The notes under the pieces: model-generated
Database searches by the model: none
What the model was told of the DNA's origin: nothing
What the model saw: only the letters and a program-made list of their open reading frames with translations
Assembly (NCBI GenBank): GCA_963827165.1
Contig: CAWGZR010000011.1
Span: 1 to 64,000, forward strand
Source: Candidatus Bathyarchaeota archaeon
Lineage (GTDB): Archaea; Thermoproteota; Bathyarchaeia; Bathyarchaeales; Bathycorpusculaceae
Direction of reading: 5' to 3'
DNA length: 64,000 bases
Made by a program: the position numbers and the translations under genes
In this document: in pieces, positions 62,023 through 64,000 of the stretch
Numbering within the stretch: the stretch's first letter is position 1
How the letters are laid out: the number at the start of each line of letters is the position of its first letter

Positions 62023-62682
62023 TTAAATGCTTTGATAGTATGCGCCTTTCAGGCAAGACCTACACAAAAGCTTGTCGCTTTGTACAACACCCATTCCTCC
62101 CATGATTTCTTCGCTACATATTGAGCAGCGGGTTGAGGGTTCCATCCTTGAGGAAATAAGTGGGCTATCCCACGTTACCTTGACCGCTTGGAAGTCAAAC
62201 AACTCTTCCATCGTCATCTTCATGAAAGCGTTCATTAGTATCTGCCTTTCAAGCCTAGACATTGGTTCCACTTTTTCACCAGCTTTTATTAGGTTATCCT
62301 TAACAGCAAGGTCTAAGGCGAGAGCGTTTAGATCTTTCTTTGACACTACCCTATACCCCTTCCCTGTTCTGGCATCAACAAAAGAGGCGGCTGACTTGCC
62401 ATAATACAACATTTTAAGCTTTCGGCTTCCAGCACTACACCCTGTGGCAACCTGTATGCCATCTGCAGGACACTTATCGTTCTCTACGAACACCACAAGG
62501 TACTCTCTTTTCTCTTCCTCAGTCATGTTAAGAAGTTTAAGACCCATTTGTGCCATCTTTATTCCTAATGGTAAACCTAAACAACGGTGACCTCTTAGGT
62601 CAGTTGCTTTTTGGAGTAGGCCCTCGAAATCCTCAATATTTATTGCCGGTTCCATGTGGTGATCTTTTTCTTGGGAATGCAA
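62023..62682 (-). CDS. second FmdE-family protein
   Basis: RGHRCLG, CPADGIQVATGCSAG and CSIC..CRSC motifs. Confidence 0.85.
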   Translation of the reverse strand: MHSQEKDHHMEPAINIEDFEGLLQKATDLRGHRCLGLPLGIKMAQMGLKLLNMTEEEKREYLVVFVENDKCPADGIQVATGCSAGSRKLKMLYYGKSAASFVDARTGKGYRVVSKKDLNALALDLAVKDNLIKAGEKVEPMSRLERQILMNAFMKMTMEELFDFQAVKVTWDSPLISSRMEPSTRCSICSEEIMGGMGVVQSDKLLCRSCLKGAYYQSI

Positions 62683-62807
62683 ATTGTGAACTTCCTTTTT
62701 TGATTCACGCCTACCCTTAATGCGTTTATAAGTTTTCGTAAGCTAAGCTGTTTACTAATATTTCACAAAACAAAATGCTTTCAAGCGACAAAACGCCGTG
62801 AGAGAGT

Positions 62808-63209
62808 TTAATGTACCGATATTCTTCCATCCGACTTAATCTCGACAGCTATTGGAGAAATCAAGTAATGGTTTCTTATCTTTCCCTTGGACGTAACTAG
62901 GGAAAATATGCCGTGGGCATCATTTTTCAGTTTTACGCCCAGAAAATCTGCCCTTAAACATATCAAATGGGGAATATCATAAATCGAAGTACGCGTCGGG
63001 ATCATGATTAAGCCATCTTCGTTAAGCAACTCGAACGTCTCGATTGTCGATTGTGCTATCTCGATGGCGTGGTATGCATTCCGCTCAATGATACTTACGT
63101 TTTCTCTGCTGGTTCCAATCAGCTTAGCCACTTTTTCCTGTGTAAATCCACGTTTTCTCAATTGCAAAACCTTAATCTGACGAGTGGTTAGGCAGGTTCG
63201 TCTCCTCAT
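62808..63209 (-). CDS. tfx: Tfx-family DNA-binding protein
   Basis: LTTRQIKVLQLRKRGFTQEKVAKLIGTSRENVSIIERNA. Confidence 0.85.
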   Translation of the reverse strand: MRRRTCLTTRQIKVLQLRKRGFTQEKVAKLIGTSRENVSIIERNAYHAIEIAQSTIETFELLNEDGLIMIPTRTSIYDIPHLICLRADFLGVKLKNDAHGIFSLVTSKGKIRNHYLISPIAVEIKSDGRISVH

Positions 63210-63214
63210 TTAGT

Positions 63215-63775
63215 TCACGCGCTTTTCCAGAGCTTAGCGGAAAGGGATGCTTCAGGGTGCCAATTGTATTTGCCGTGTCTCGACAGCGTATTTAGCTGCA
63301 AAGAAGTTGGCGATGAATTGCACTCTTTGGACGCCTTCGGGATTTGCTCGGCTTCTAAGTATTTTCGGATTATTTTTTTAGTGGTGTAAGATAAGCTCAC
63401 GTTGGCGTCTTTTATGTAAGCAACATGTTTGATTTCATTTTTCGGCTCGGGAACACCTGAAACTCTCATCAGATATACTTTATGGGCGTCTCTGAAGAAA
63501 CCACCTTTTATGTCCCTTTGAATACGACCGTTACAATCAAAAAGGTATGAACATTCATCGGCTTTCAGTCCAGTTTCCTCCTCCAACTCTCTAAGAGCAG
63601 CGACTTTCCAGCTTTCGCCGTCTTTTGCGGCGCCTCCGGGCAAACAATATGTTTTGCCTCCTTCACTTACAACCAATATTCCCTTCGTTGTTTCCACTAT
63701 GGCAGTTCCTCTTCGTCGCTTTCGAATTAAGCGCAGATATCGAATCCATCTTGGTTTCTTTTGTGTTTTTTTCAA
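63215..63775 (-). CDS. NUDIX hydrolase
   Basis: PGG...GES...AALRELEEETGL Nudix box. Confidence 0.85.
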   Translation of the reverse strand: MKKTQKKPRWIRYLRLIRKRRRGTAIVETTKGILVVSEGGKTYCLPGGAAKDGESWKVAALRELEEETGLKADECSYLFDCNGRIQRDIKGGFFRDAHKVYLMRVSGVPEPKNEIKHVAYIKDANVSLSYTTKKIIRKYLEAEQIPKASKECNSSPTSLQLNTLSRHGKYNWHPEASLSAKLWKSA

Positions 63776-64000
63776 CAGCCCACCTATCTCTCCCGCTCGA
63801 TATTATCAGCCAGTAACATCGGCAAATAAGTTTTGCGGTTAACTTGGGAAAAATCCTATGTAAAAGCATCCAATCGGTCCTCAGGCCTTCTACAATTCCC
63901 GTCGGGCTCGCTAATCTCTTCACGATTTTTTTCAGGATTTACGTTAAATACTCTAAAGTATTCACGATAATTTCTGTGTAGGTAAAAAGGGCTGATGAAA

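Noticed and set aside
1-64000. CRISPR array, cas genes, rRNA, integrase
   Set aside because: No regularly spaced repeats or recognisable sequences seen.

Overview
Archaeal chromosomal window. Gene content (SepRS/SepCysS, TFS, Tfx, FmdE, archaeal SRP RNA, CCA-encoding tRNAs) suggests Bathyarchaeia; this is an inference. 1-18 kb is an accessory region: two PIN toxin-antitoxin pairs, tRNA-like scars, a SNF2 / Cys-rich / Mrr-like operon, a decayed class III nucleotide cyclase, SRP RNA and a non-canonical tRNA-Thr. 18-44 kb is a cysteine/methionine/sulfur super-cluster: sepS, pscS, cysS, two tRNA-Cys, metYXW, cysteine desulfurase, a ThiI-like gene, CBS/CGL and cysK-cysE. Twelve copies of a palindrome, TATAAC-N3-GTTATA, mark its promoters, indicating a sulfur regulon probably run by the local HTH-CBS protein. 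Two elements are inserted in this cluster: an IS5-like IS, and a 4.9-kb IS6-like cargo transposon (24-bp TIRs, 9-bp TSD). The transposon carries a ClpP-class protease, a wHTH protein, a TGT-like TIM-barrel protein and a tRNA-like RNA with an Arg-type body and an ACU anticodon. 44-64 kb holds valS, a trp operon without trpF, tRNA-Lys and a Tfx/FmdE/ABC/DUF364/CooC metal-uptake locus. Several genes carry single-base indels that may be sequencing errors. All family calls come from motif recognition by eye, not database searches.
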